Below are positions 1 to 13,129 of a stretch of 64,000 nucleotides of DNA, one piece after another (position 1 is the stretch's first letter; every line of letters begins with the position of its first letter). The position numbers and the translations under genes were made by a program. Source of the DNA: Octopus vulgaris. Taxonomy: Eukaryota. The stretch is taken from positions 71,858,001-71,922,000 of the forward strand of contig OX597830.1 in assembly GCA_951406725.2 (NCBI GenBank), read 5' to 3'. The notes under the pieces were generated by a model. The model was not told where the DNA came from. It made no database searches and saw nothing but the letters and a program-made list of their open reading frames with translations.

Positions 1-137
1 TTTGCCTTTCATCCTTTCGGGGTCGATAAATTAAGGACCAGTTACGCACTGGGGGTCGATATAATCGACTTAATCCGTTTGTCTCTCCTTGTTTGTCCCC
101 TCTATGTTTAGCCCCTTGTGGGTAGTAAAGAAATAGG
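1..137 (+). mobile_element. SINE group A (Nin/Deu-domain-like tRNA SINE), 5' part outside window
   Basis: GCCTTTCATCCTTTCGGGGTCGATAAATTAAG-ACCAG core plus tail ...GTAGTAAAGAAATAGG, shared with many copies in the window (e.g. 32397-32629). Confidence 0.85.
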
Positions 138-309
138 TATTCAAATCTGATTCTGAAAATCTTGACAATGTTCCGTAGTTGTTATAGGAATTCTGTCTGG
201 ATACTCAAGTGATAGCCAAGCCAACGATCATACTCAGCAAATCAATGACTTGAAACACAAAAGAACATGTCATAGTATTTTATGACATACACCCCAGTAC
301 CAGTTTGCA

Positions 310-660
310 GTTGTGGTTTTTGAGCCATTTCTTAAGTATGGATCCCTTTTGGTAACTATTTTATTCTTTTGGACCCCCATAACCATTTGATGTTTACCAA
401 ACAAGTTTTATAGAGACGTCTTTCAAAATTCCTATTTTCACACTTTCGCTTCTATAGGTTTACAATAATCCTCTCTGAAAGTACATGTTTCAGTGTCCAG
501 AACAAAGAAGCCTAGTTGTTTCTGACAATAAATTCATCTAAAGCAAACCCTTAAAATACTAGTGTGGACCCACAATTTACTACTTTGCTTGCATGCCCCC
601 CCCCATAACTCCTATGTGGTCCCTCGGGGATTATGTGGACCCTGGTTGAGAGACTCTGCT
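310..660. mobile_element. Degenerate hAT-like MITE
   Basis: Right end GGACCCTGGTTGAGAGACTCTG resembles hAT/Charlie-type GGTTGAGAACCACTG termini; repeated GGACCC motifs inside; left end decayed. Confidence 0.4.
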
Positions 661-1119
661 TTACAGAATCATTTAAGCCTAATGCTTTAATGATATGTTT
701 CCCTTCTTCAGGAAGATGAATTCTTCAAGAAGATGAATCCTCACAGACCTTTACTATTCGGGTTGGATATCCCCTTCTATATTTATCTGAATCCATCGTA
801 TTTGTATAGTACTGTACTTCTTATAGATCGAACAAGTCTACAGGTGTTCCCTGTTTGAGGGTTTGTGGTTTTGCTTCTAATATATGAGTGCTTCATATGC
901 ATACATACGTACTACATACATACATACATACATACATACATACATACATACATACATACATACATACATACATACATACATACACATATGTACGCGTGAC
1001 TGCCTGTGTCTCACTGCTAGATAGTGTCATTTGGGGGCCATTGATGGGGATGGGGGTGATATCTTCCACACTGGTATAGTATAACTGATATCTTCTCTCA
1101 CAACATGGAAGTTTGGGCC

Positions 1120-1480
1120 ATTTTTGTCTCTATTGTTTATCAGGTATTTAGCAACTATCCCGCTCCTGGATATACTTTTTGGTAGTAAGTAGGAAGTTCT
1201 GTATTTCGCAACACTCCAGGAAAAGGTACTGTTCTCACCAATGCTGTTCTTCTCATATAGTTTGCAGGAATTATACTCATGCGTTGTTCTCTGTTAATGC
1301 GATGAGTGCTTCTCCAAACTTCAGTGTAGGCAGGTCGGTCCAGGTTCCGTTAGGCCACGTGAGACAGTTATACGCTCAGAGAACCTGCTCAAGAGTTATT
1401 TAATGCCTTACTCAGATAATGTGTTCTCATTTTGGTTCGGCATTTAATGTACTCATTTCTCTATCTCTTCAGTAGGTTTT
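1120..1480 (-). mobile_element. Possible old CR1-type LINE 3' relic
   Basis: Minus-strand translation contains DLPTLKF, similar to the CR1 C-terminal LPTLxxRR region; multiple stops. Confidence 0.3.
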
Positions 1481-1486
1481 GCTTTG

Positions 1487-1549
1487 GTGATAAAATGCGG
1501 TATTGAAAATCTGATAAAATGCGGTATTGAAAAATGCGGTATTGAAAAT
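1487..1549. repeat. Short tandem triplication of AAAATGCGGTATTGAAAA
   Basis: Three consecutive copies visible directly. Confidence 0.9.
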
Positions 1550-1632
1550 AAGGATGACCTTATTTTTCTGCCACCAAATTTACTTCTTAAATAAATCCTA
1601 TTGGTGTCATTATTATGCGCAAATTACTGCAT

Positions 1633-1662
1633 AAAGAGCTGACAACCACCCTGTATGTATGC

Positions 1663-1695
<33 letters not shown>

Positions 1696-1762
1696 TGTAT
1701 GTATGTATGTATGTATGTATATGTGTGTATATGTATGTATGTATGTATGTATGCATGCATGC

Positions 1763-1795
<33 letters not shown>

Positions 1796-1862
1796 TGTAT
1801 GTATGTATGTATGTATGTATGTATGTATGTATGCATGCATATATGTATGTATGTATGCATGC
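1633..1862. repeat. (TATG)n compound microsatellite; representative of dozens of (TA)n/(CA)n/(TACA)n/(TAGA)n tracts in the window
   Basis: Direct inspection; source of the YIHT/MYVC pseudo-ORFs. Confidence 0.95.
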
Positions 1863-1871
1863 ATCTATATA

Positions 1872-2012
1872 TATTTCTTTACTACCCACAAGAGGCTAAA
1901 CACAGAAGGGACAAACAAGGACAGACAAACGGATTACGTCGACCCCAGTGCGTAACTGGTACTTAATTTATCAGCCCCGAAAGGATGAAAGGTAAAGTCG
2001 ACCTCGGCGGAA
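1872..2012 (-). mobile_element. SINE group A, 5'-truncated
   Basis: Reverse complement of the sequence at 1-137. Confidence 0.85.
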
Positions 2013-2626
2013 CGCATGTATATATGTTTATATGTATGTATTACGTATGTATGTATTACGTATGTATGTATATATGTAGGTATGCAAATATGTACGTCTT
2101 TGTTTGCTTGCCTGTTCTTCTGTTTTGTTTTCGAGGTCCATCTGCACAGTACCTGAACAAACACATTCTGAATCTTATGATAAATCATAGTAGTGATTAA
2201 TCAAAGACCTCAGTATTCTGCAGACATCTATACCTACAATGAAATTCTTAGACTGAATGCGCATGGCACTGCAACGGTTAATTACTGTCACTAATGCATT
2301 AAACGATTCCCTGAACGACTTTTGTCAATCAGTTTCATTCATGTAACTCGTAAGCAGAATAACAAAAAAAAAAAAAGAAAAAGAAGAGAATGACCCAAAT
2401 TACCGCGCTTTGAGATCGAACCCTGGAAGTCGGTGATATTGAAACCAATTCTTATAAGTATTATTGTGTGGGTGTGCTCATACAGCGTTTGTATGTACGA
2501 ATGTGCGTATGTACGCGTTCGTTTATGTTTGTGTATAACTTTATGAGTAAGCACATTCAGAGAGTTTATACAGATATATGTGTGTGCGAGTCTCTGTATG
2601 TTCATCCATCCATATACACATATATA

Positions 2627-2673
<47 letters not shown>

Positions 2674-3166
2674 ATATAAACACATATATATCCATGTACA
2701 CATATATATGCATATATACATATATATATATATGCGTATTTATATATATATATATATACATACATATATATATATGTATATATATATATGCATATATATT
2801 TCTGTGTATATATGTATATATACATATATATACATACACATTTATGTATACATACACTTATAAATACATACACATATATATAAACATACATACATACATA
2901 CATATATATACATGCACATACATATATATATACATACATACACATATATATACATACACATACACATATATACATACACGCATATATATACATACACATA
3001 TATACATACATACACATATATGTATATAATGACACCCCTCTCCAAATACTCTCTCTCACACACACACACATACACAAGAGCGTGCGAACTGGCACATACA
3101 TATATGTGTATGCATGTACACAACGAGCGTATCCTCCTCCTAGTCTTTCTCTCTCTGTATCTATGA

Positions 3167-3220
<54 letters not shown>

Positions 3221-3507
3221 ATATACATATATATACATACATATATATAGCTGTACGTGAGTGAGTGTGACCATCCATTTTGTTGATGTGTTTTCGTAAT
3301 TGTTTTTATATATCTCTTATCCGAGTTATCCAAATTGTCAAACGAATATAAAACGTATATAAATTGTTACGGTTTGCCGTAAATAAGCTATAAAACAAGC
3401 TGTAAAGCTAGTTAATAATCTTCTTCATTAACAGTCGTTTTAGTATCTACTTAGTACAATAATTATCCTAGCGTAATACCATCCTTTAAGCAAACAGATT
3501 GCTCAAA

Positions 3508-3562
<55 letters not shown>

Positions 3563-3626
3563 CGGTGACGGCGAAATGAAGAAGGAAGTAAAAAGGGAAA
3601 TGAGCTGTGAATATAAATACATTTGT

Positions 3627-3674
<48 letters not shown>

Positions 3675-4071
3675 TATATATATATATATATTTGTGTCTG
3701 TGTCTGTGTGTGTGTATTTGTGTGTGCGAGTAAATGCATGCCGTATATTTTGTGGAAGCCATAGCGATTTAAAACGACTAGCCGACATTCCATGGGAGAT
3801 AACCCTGCCGATATTTATTTCTTTGCGTTCGCTGGCAAATAATGATGTTATTGAAAATTAATGACGCAAAACGCAATGAAAAAAAAAGAATATATTTATG
3901 TAAATATATAGATACGTCTGCAAAACATATATATATATATATATGAGTGTGTGTGTCTGTGTGCGTGCGAGTGTATCAATGATTGTACGTATGTATAGAT
4001 ATATGTGAATATATGAAATAGTGACTATTTTATTTATTACTACTTCTGCTACTGCTGCTACTGCTGCTGCA

Positions 4072-4157
<86 letters not shown>

Positions 4158-4282
4158 CCCCACTACTACCACTTCTGCTGCTGTTACTAGTGCTACAGCT
4201 GCTGCTGGTACAACAATAACTACTACTACTAATACTACTACTACTACTGATAATGATGATAATAATAATAATAGTAATAATA

Positions 4283-4339
<57 letters not shown>

Positions 4340-4804
4340 GTGATGATGTAAAATAATTGTGATAAAAATTTCATTTAATGTGATGATTCTGTATTGGATG
4401 TCTTGAAAGAGAAAATAATTTAAATATTTTAATGCGTGCGTAAAATAAATAAATAAATAAATAAATAGATAAAACATATAATCAAAAGGTGAAAAAAAGG
4501 CAAGGGAAAGACATTCATTGAAATATGGTGATATAAAAAAAGAGATGGAGAGAGAACTAAGGAGAGAAACAGACAGACAGGTAGAAAAAAAGAAAGAGAG
4601 AAGGATAACCAGATAGATATAGAGAGAGAGCGAAAGAGAGATAGAGTTGGAGAGAGAGAGAGAGAGAGAGAGGGTAGACCGTTCATAGATTTGTAAATAG
4701 ATAGATAGACATATGGATAGAGCAGTGGAATGACATTAGTTTTCTACTTAATACACACAAACTTACATATATATATACATACACACACAAATATATGTAT
4801 ATAC

Positions 4805-4853
<49 letters not shown>

Positions 4854-5137
4854 AATACATGCATACATACATACATACATACATACATACATACATACAT
4901 ACATACATACATACATCTTTGTGTTTGTGTATGTTTGCGGTCAAGAAACGATAGTGGAGCATATTGTGTGTCTTTATGTGCCGTGACCGAGTGGTTCGAT
5001 ACATTGAAAGGCGAGAAAACAGGTAACAGATTGAAATCTGTTTTCTGTGTTGGTAAGATTGAAGAATGCTTAAAAACGGTAGAACAACGTCGTCGTTATC
5101 CATTGAGTGGGACCACCATAGAAAAATATTTCCATAA

Positions 5138-5187
<50 letters not shown>

Positions 5188-5239
5188 GCGTACATACATA
5201 CAAACGCGCACACATGCACACATACATACATATATACAT

Positions 5240-5752
<513 letters not shown>

Positions 5753-5819
5753 TGTAATACTCACACACACACACACACACACACACACATTAACGCAGGT
5801 GTAAATCAAATATTTTTAC

Positions 5820-5901
5820 TTTCGACACATGTTTCGAAAATTCCACTGATACTATTCAAAAGAATAAATGGTATACACAATGCAATCTTCTCTTCCGGAA
5901 A
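5820..5901 (-). ncRNA. Type I hammerhead ribozyme-like motif (core variant CGGAAGA), long stem II
   Basis: Minus strand: TTTC-CGGAAGA-[55-nt hairpin GAAGATTGCATTG...CAGTGGAATTTTC]-GAAAC-ATGT-GTC|GAAA; stem I TTTC/GAAA; paralog at 19153-19237. Confidence 0.65.
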
Positions 5902-5941
5902 TTTTATTAATTGTTAACATGGTAAAAATACACTCATCTAT

Positions 5942-5998
<57 letters not shown>

Positions 5999-6910
5999 AA
6001 GTAGTTTTGGAGACAGAACCACCCTTAACTCAATCAATATTGAATGATATTATACACGACCGATCCATAATATATATTACTTATGATACTATAACTATTC
6101 AGAATCCCATACTTTCCATTTTCAAGACAACACGTGTTTTATGACAGCATGTCGGAATTTTTGAGATATAAGGTCTCTAGTTTCAATACTCAATTAGATC
6201 GACGTACTCCCAATCTTCAGGTCTGGATTCTACACATTTGTACAAATGTACGTTAAATTGTACAAATAGATCCCTCTTCCAATACAAAATGAGGGATTAC
6301 TATTGGCTTAAATGCGCACACGTACATCTCAACGAAGATAGCGTAAACTTACAACGTTTTAAAACAAGAATATTTGCTATGCTAAGAACACCTTCACAAA
6401 TTCGGACTCTCCGAAAAGAGTCTCATTGAAATCAATCTCCTCTCTTTACTCTCTCGCTAAACAACCAATTTTCTATTTAGTAAAAGAAAAAAAAGGAGCA
6501 GAAAATGTATTCACCTGTTCCATGATTCTCTTCAAATCTGTAATTAATTTCTGTCGGAAAAAATGCATCGTTTCATAAAACATTTAAATTTATATATTTC
6601 GGTTACGTCATGCCGACGATTTCTAAAAGGATTGAAATAGTGCTATATATATGATTATAACTGATTAGAAAAAGAAAAAAAAACGATAAAAAACAGAGAA
6701 GAAAATGAAAATAAATTAAAAGTTAGAAATATACACTCTTTGTATGTCCTTCTTCCTTCTTCCTTAGTTTCAAAAACTTTTAATCCTGTCAAATATCTTG
6801 AAGAAATAGCTTCTTCACACGAACTATCCCCCTTAGGGGACTTTATAAACACACACACGTGCACACACAGTCACACACACACACACACACAAACACAAAC
6901 ACACACTCAC

Positions 6911-6948
<38 letters not shown>

Positions 6949-7232
6949 ACGCATACACACACACACACACACACTCACACACACAGACATATATATATAA
7001 TCTAGACACGCCTTTTTAGAAATATCAGCAATGACTTCTTCACTGGTGATGATTTTCCTGTATATTGCAAAAATACAACTTTTTCCCTCCACCGCAAATA
7101 AATTGTCCTTCATATTTGATGCTTCGATGAATCTATAGTATGTTATTCAGGCATGCAACTAAGAGACCCATGCATCTTATAACAGAAACAGGTGTATGCT
7201 AACGAAATTCATATACATAATCATTGTTTTAC

Positions 7233-7279
<47 letters not shown>

Positions 7280-7669
7280 ATGCGAAAATGATAGATATAT
7301 CATGTTTATGTCTCTTTTGATATAAGTCAACTATGCTTGACAATGAAGCAATTAACAAGGATAACTAAATTTAATTATTTTCTGCCTTGTTAATAAATAT
7401 TCCGACCGTGTATGCTTCATTAATATCACGAACATTTCAACTTTGAGTGTTTGTGTCTGTGGTTCACATGTACCTGTGTGTGTGTGTGTGTGTGTGCTTG
7501 TGTGTGTGTAAAAGGAAATAAGACAATTCTATCTTTGTGCGTTGCATTCAAATGAATACTGCAGTCAACCGTTGAATGTTTATATTTCGCCATTACAGTG
7601 CAATTGTCACTTTCCGTATAGGCGTGAAGAAAGTTGGTACTAGATAATTAATTCCAGCTCTATTATTAT

Positions 7670-7731
<62 letters not shown>

Positions 7732-7879
7732 ATTTTCCCACTTTTTCCATTTCTTGCCGAATGTCCTCCCGATACCTAGGACAAATTCACACATTCTGTG
7801 TACGTTGATTAGCCATTAGAATAAACACTAGGATCTTCATTTATATAAATCAATAGAGATAAGTACAAAAACTATATTT

Positions 7880-8540
7880 ACAAAGATGGCAATCGTTATC
7901 ACAAAAAAAATATTGCTCTTCTGCATACAGGTAACGTACCAATTAAAACAATATTTTGTACTTTTTGCTGGGACGGCATGCCAGGAGTCATTCTCAAATA
8001 ATTTACAGTTCCTTTTTCATCATTCCTAGTTCTTCTACAATCGCTGGTAGTGTACCTGCCTTGAGATGTCATATTTTTTCGATTGCAATGAACATATCTT
8101 TATATATTCTGAACTTGCCAAATTCTTTTGCTGAAATATTATGATCACAGGGATTTCTAAGATCGGTAAATAAAGACTTCATTATTTTGGTCTTTTACTA
8201 CAATATCCGGTATATTAGCTTTGATGGTTCTGTGTGTATATACGGTAAGGCTCCAAAGAATCGTTACATTTTTCCTTCACTTATTGCCTCGGGGTGATGC
8301 TTATACACTTGTCAACAGCTTTGATTTTATAATGCTGACATATTTACCAGTGTAGGTATTGGCTAACTATTTCATGTCTTCAGTTATACTCTACTGATGC
8401 TAAAATATATCATCCAGAAATTAAGTCGTCAGTGTTTCGATGTCATTGCAGAATCAGCACTTTAGTCCTGCTCCATTTTTCATCACATTGGCTGGGTTGT
8501 TCCGTGCTAATAATGTATGTGATCTTCCAGCTACGCATAA
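7880..8540 (-). mobile_element. R4/Dong-type (RLE) LINE relic
   Basis: Degenerate CCHC...RH...YLHW and RLE-like segments on the minus strand, similar to the ORF at 13750-14570. Confidence 0.55.
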
Positions 8541-8615
8541 GTTGCATTTCTTAGATCCGTTAACATAGGACGGGTCATTCGGAGTATTCTTTCCTCAGTC
8601 GAGTTCCAGATTATC

Positions 8616-8893
8616 TTTGCAATTTCGGATGGTTATACTCGAGATTGCTTCAATCTGACCAGTCCCAAGGAAAAATAAGCTAAGAGCACTAGATTCTTTG
8701 GAAGAATATATATATATATATATAAATATATATATATATATTTGTATTTGTGTACCATTTCTCCGTTTTTCTCCGTCCTTGTTTTGATATACATTCGTTG
8801 CTTTCTTCCAAAGAATCTAGTGCTCTTAGCTTATTTTTCCTTGGGACTGGTCAGATTGAAGCAATCTCGAGTATAACCATCCGAAATTGCAAA
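8616..8893. repeat. Perfect 91-bp inverted repeat around a (TA)n-containing spacer
   Basis: 8616-8706 is the exact reverse complement of 8803-8893. Confidence 0.95.
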
Positions 8894-9243
8894 TATATAT
8901 GTGTGTGTGTGTGTGTGTGTATGTGTGTGTGTGTGTCTGTCTGTCTGTCTGTATGTATGTATATACACACACACTGTGCACCTGTTCAGGCAACGTCGAT
9001 TTCATGGAGGAAGTGAAGTAATGTACGGCACATACATTGAAATGATTTGTGCAAGTCGCTCGGCATGAGCTCAACCCTCATACGTCGTCTTCGGCAAGAG
9101 AATCCATTGTCTCTCTCTCTCTTTTTCTGTCTGTCTGTCTGTCTCTCTCTCTGTATATATATATATACATACCGATCTATCATAGCGAATGATAGATCGG
9201 TAGCCACTACACACAATTCTTTTCTCTCCTTGTTTCTTTCTGT

Positions 9244-9285
9244 GTCCCTTTCTGTGGAAGAGCGTAGGCTCGAAACGTTAAAGAC
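9244..9285 (+). ncRNA. Minimal hammerhead-like motif (Penelope-type) in a ~200-bp element between (TA)n tracts
   Basis: CTTT-CTGTGGA-A-GAGC gtag GCTC-GAAAC-GTT|AAAG; core differs from CUGANGA at A6; element starts with a 14-bp hairpin at 9170-9202. Confidence 0.55.
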
Positions 9286-9366
9286 TTTTTCAATTCCCGA
9301 GCATTATACTAATACATCTATTTATTTTCTACACCAACAGTCTTCGTCTTTTTTTTCTTTTATTTT

Positions 9367-9428
<62 letters not shown>

Positions 9429-9435
9429 TATACAC

Positions 9436-9585
9436 AATTATGATTTAGGGTATCTAAGAGATACCACCACACTGGAAATGGCTGTCATAACTTCACTCAA
9501 AACCACATTAATTATGGTTTTAGAGTCAAGTTATGACAGCCATTTCCAGCGTGGTGGTATCTCTTAGATACCCTAAATTATAATT
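9436..9585. repeat. ~70-bp-arm hairpin between (TA)n tracts
   Basis: 9436-9505 vs 9515-9585 reverse-complementary with few mismatches. Confidence 0.9.
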
Positions 9586-9645
9586 TTAAATAATTATTAC
9601 TTTTGAAGGGTATTTATTCCCATGCTGGCCACCTGATAAGATCGG

Positions 9646-9705
<60 letters not shown>

Positions 9706-9706
9706 A

Positions 9707-10027
9707 GGAGCACTCCGTCGTTTGCGACGACGAGGGTCCTAGCTGATACGATCAACGGAACAGCTTGCTCGTGAAATTAACGTGTGAGTGGCTGAGCACT
9801 CCATAAACACGTGTACCCTTAACGTAGTTCTCGGGGAGATTCAGCGTTACACAGTGTGTTACAAGGCTGGCCCTTTGAAATACAGGTACCACTCATTTTT
9901 GCTAGCTGAGTGGACTGAAGCAATGTGAAATAAAGTGTCTTGCTCAAGGATACAACACGCCGCCGGGAATTGAACTCACGACATTACGATCATGAGCAAA
10001 CTGTCCCTAACCACTAAGCCACGCGCC
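9707..10027 (-). mobile_element. SINE group C2 (tRNA head + CORE-like domain + tail a)
   Basis: Shares the 3' ...GACGGAGTGC tail with 10054-10436 but has a different middle (CTTGAGCAAGACACTTTATTTCAC). Confidence 0.8.
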
Positions 10028-10053
10028 TATATACATACATATAATAAACAGTT

Positions 10054-10436
10054 GAGGCGCAATGGCCCAGTGGTTAGGGCAGCGGACTCGCGGTCATAGG
10101 ATCGCGGTTTCGATTCCCAGACCGGGCGTTGTGAGTGTTTATTGAGCGAAAACACCTAAAAAGCTCCACGAGTCTCCGGCAGGGGGTAGTGATGATCCCT
10201 GCTGTACTCTTTCATCACAACTTTCTCTCACTCTTACTTCCTGTTTCTGTTGTACATGTATTTCAAGGGGCGGCCTTGTCACTCTCTGTGTCACGCTGAA
10301 TATCCCCGAGAACTACGTTAAGGGTACACGTGTCTGTGGAGTGCTCAGCCACTTACACGTTAATTTCACGAGCAGGCTGTTCCGTTGATTCGGATTAACA
10401 GGAACCCTCATCGTCGTAACCGACGGAGTGCTTCCA
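10054..10436 (+). mobile_element. SINE group C (tRNA-Arg-like head, tail a)
   Basis: A-box TGGCCCAGTGG, anticodon-like GACTCGCGG, B-box GGTTTCGATTCC. Confidence 0.9.
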
Positions 10437-10679
10437 TATAATAAACGAATAAAATTAACGAACAGCAAGTGGGCATGCACAAGAAACGCATTAGCTTGAC
10501 GCTCGGTGAAACGAAAGAGTTTGACATTTCGTCGGGAAGGAGAAAAGGAAAAATCCAAAGAAAAAAGGGAAATCGATTAACAGCACGTGTGCAGTTACAT
10601 ACATACATAAATACATACATACATACATACATACATACATACATACATACATACATACATACATACATACATACATACA

Positions 10680-11066
10680 TGGAAGCACTCCGTCGGTTAC
10701 GACGATGAGGGTTCCGGTTGATCCGAATCAACGGAACAGCCTGCTCGTGAAATTAACGTGTAAGTGGCTGAGCACTCCACAGACACGTGCACCCTTAACG
10801 TAGTTCTCGGGGCTATTCAGCGTGACACAGAGAGTGACAAGGCCGGCTCCTTGAAATACAGGTACAACAGAAACAGGAAGTAAGAGTGAGAGAAAGTTTT
10901 GGTGAAAGAGTACAGCAGAGATCACCACCATCCCCTGCCAGAGCCTCGTGGAGCTTTTTTAGGTGTTTTCGCTCAATAAACACTCACAACGCCCGGTCTG
11001 GGAATCGAAACCGCAATCCTATGACCGCGAGTCCGCTGCCCTAACCACTGGGCCATTGCGCCTCCA
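10680..11066 (-). mobile_element. SINE group C (tail a), inverted relative to 10054-10436
   Basis: Near-identical reverse complement of 10054-10436. Confidence 0.9.
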
Positions 11067-11990
11067 CACATACATACATATATACATACACACGTAACAG
11101 TACAATATTAACATTTCAGTAACTAAAGTCTCTGGAGAGTAAGCTGTTTGAGTCTAAGCACATTCCTAGCTGGCAAAGTTCCTGAAACCTAAACGCGGGT
11201 TTTGTTTTCACGCAAACTTAACGTATGTTTATTAAATATATCGTTTATGACTTCTATACACATGTATCTATTCGCAGGTTACGCTGGTTTTTTTTTTTTT
11301 TGGTTTTTTGTATCCTAGTTATTTATTACTGACGTCTAAGTGTTTACGAGTCAGTAAATCTCAATCAATGTTTCAAAATAAATAAATACATATATAAACG
11401 GATGAATAAAAGTAGAATAAAAAAATCAATTAGTTATTTTAGTAACGATTGCTCTGTATAAATACCTTTTAAATCTTTAATTCATCTATATAACATTTAT
11501 AAGTAAATCATTGGATTATAATAGAGAGCGCAGTATGAAATAGAAGAACGGATTAATACAAAGACACAAAAATTAAAAGAAGCAAAAACGTCAGCAAAGT
11601 ACAAATAGAAACAAAACAAAAAACAATAACAAATAAACATACAGAATGCTGATTAGGTGAATTACGAGAAGGTACTACCATAAAATGTCGGTCGCTGAAC
11701 GCTCCTTTACTATATAAAAACGATAAAGCGATGGTTAAAATAGGAGCGAAATGAAAGAATGGTTGGCTATGAAGGCATTCGGTTAATGTGTTCACTGACT
11801 CGGAGAAGAGAAGGTGTGGTCAGGTGTTTCTTGCGTTTGTTTTCTTAGTAGGTCGAATCGAGGTTACATTTGTCAATGGAACAACAACAACAACAACAAC
11901 AACAACAAAAACAACAACACAACAACAACAAAAACAACAACACAACAACAACACAACAAAAACAACAACAACAACAAGAACGACAACAAC

Positions 11991-12046
<56 letters not shown>

Positions 12047-12247
12047 TAATAATAACATAATTTTCGTATGGTTTTTTTAGGCATTCACTAGTACAACACT
12101 AAGTACAAAACCAAATATATGGCACCCTAGGCATAACACCAACATGAACTTCCAACTTGTTGTCTTTTGAGGTCTCTGGGTAAGACTTGGAGCCAGCTTG
12201 TGCAAATGTAAAGCAAAAGTCAAACATAGAATAATAATAATAATAAT

Positions 12248-12314
<67 letters not shown>

Positions 12315-12334
12315 GTTCCTGCTGGAGTCGCAAG

Positions 12335-12500
12335 GCCTCAAATTTGTGGGAAGGAGTCTAGTCGATTACATCGATCCCAGTGTTTCACTAGTACTTAATT
12401 TATCGACCCCGAAGGATGAACCGCAATATCGACGTCGGCGAAATTTGAACCCAGAACGTTATGTCAGACGAAATAGTCTGAGCAGTTCGCCCTTCTTGCT
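12335..12500 (-). mobile_element. SINE group A, diverged
   Basis: GTACTTAATTTATCGACCCCGAAGGATGAA core. Confidence 0.75.
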
Positions 12501-12543
12501 AACGATTCTGTGAATCTTAAACCAAGAATAACGATTCTTGCTT

Positions 12544-12602
<59 letters not shown>

Positions 12603-12608
<6 letters not shown>

Positions 12609-13069
12609 GATGGGCTACAGCAAATATTCTGCTCATTACCACAGATTTGCTTGTCAGTTGTTTGACCTTAACCAGTTGAGCATGTCCCTTAGTGGCTGAC
12701 GATATGTGCATCTCTGATCACGAGCAGAAGTAGTGGGGGAGCATCATAGCCATGTGTTGAGAGGGATTCTTTGGGGTTTGAATAATTCACCTCTGGAAAC
12801 ATGGGTGGTTCTTTCAACATCCTTAAACAACCCTTATTCAGATACCTTTTGAGCGGGATGGGCTACTCAACCTGAAGAAAATTCTAACTGGGCCCCACCT
12901 GCAAGGTCATGTGCTGTTTATCTTGATATGAGATCACCATGTCGCGCACATATGGTTGTGATGCTTGTGCCTGGTGTACCCTTATCAGACGGGTAGTCAT
13001 GATGGGTATATTGGGCTTCGTATATTTTACCCCAGTGTCACTTTGATGGCATTCACTGCTCTCTCACTC

Positions 13070-13070
<1 letters not shown>
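12603..13070 (+). mobile_element. (TAA)n-embedded non-coding interspersed repeat (probable LINE 3' UTR or non-autonomous element)
   Basis: Highly similar copy at 34370-34900; both are flanked by TAA/GAT tracts and end CTCTCTCACTC(AAT)n. Confidence 0.75.

Positions 13071-13125
<55 letters not shown>

Positions 13126-13129
<4 letters not shown>

Noticed and set aside
712-843. Plus-strand AG...CAG|GT-bounded open frame EDEFFKKMNPHRPLLFG...
   Set aside because: Weak donor (GTGTTC), no recognisable homology and no partner exons
6165-6222. CTGAAGA...TGAAACTAGAGAC on the minus strand as a functional hammerhead
   Set aside because: No stem I pairing and U16.1 is missing; at most a decayed relic
10054-10126. 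tRNA-Arg genes at SINE heads
   Set aside because: The acceptor stem does not pair and the heads continue into SINE bodies, some with TSDs
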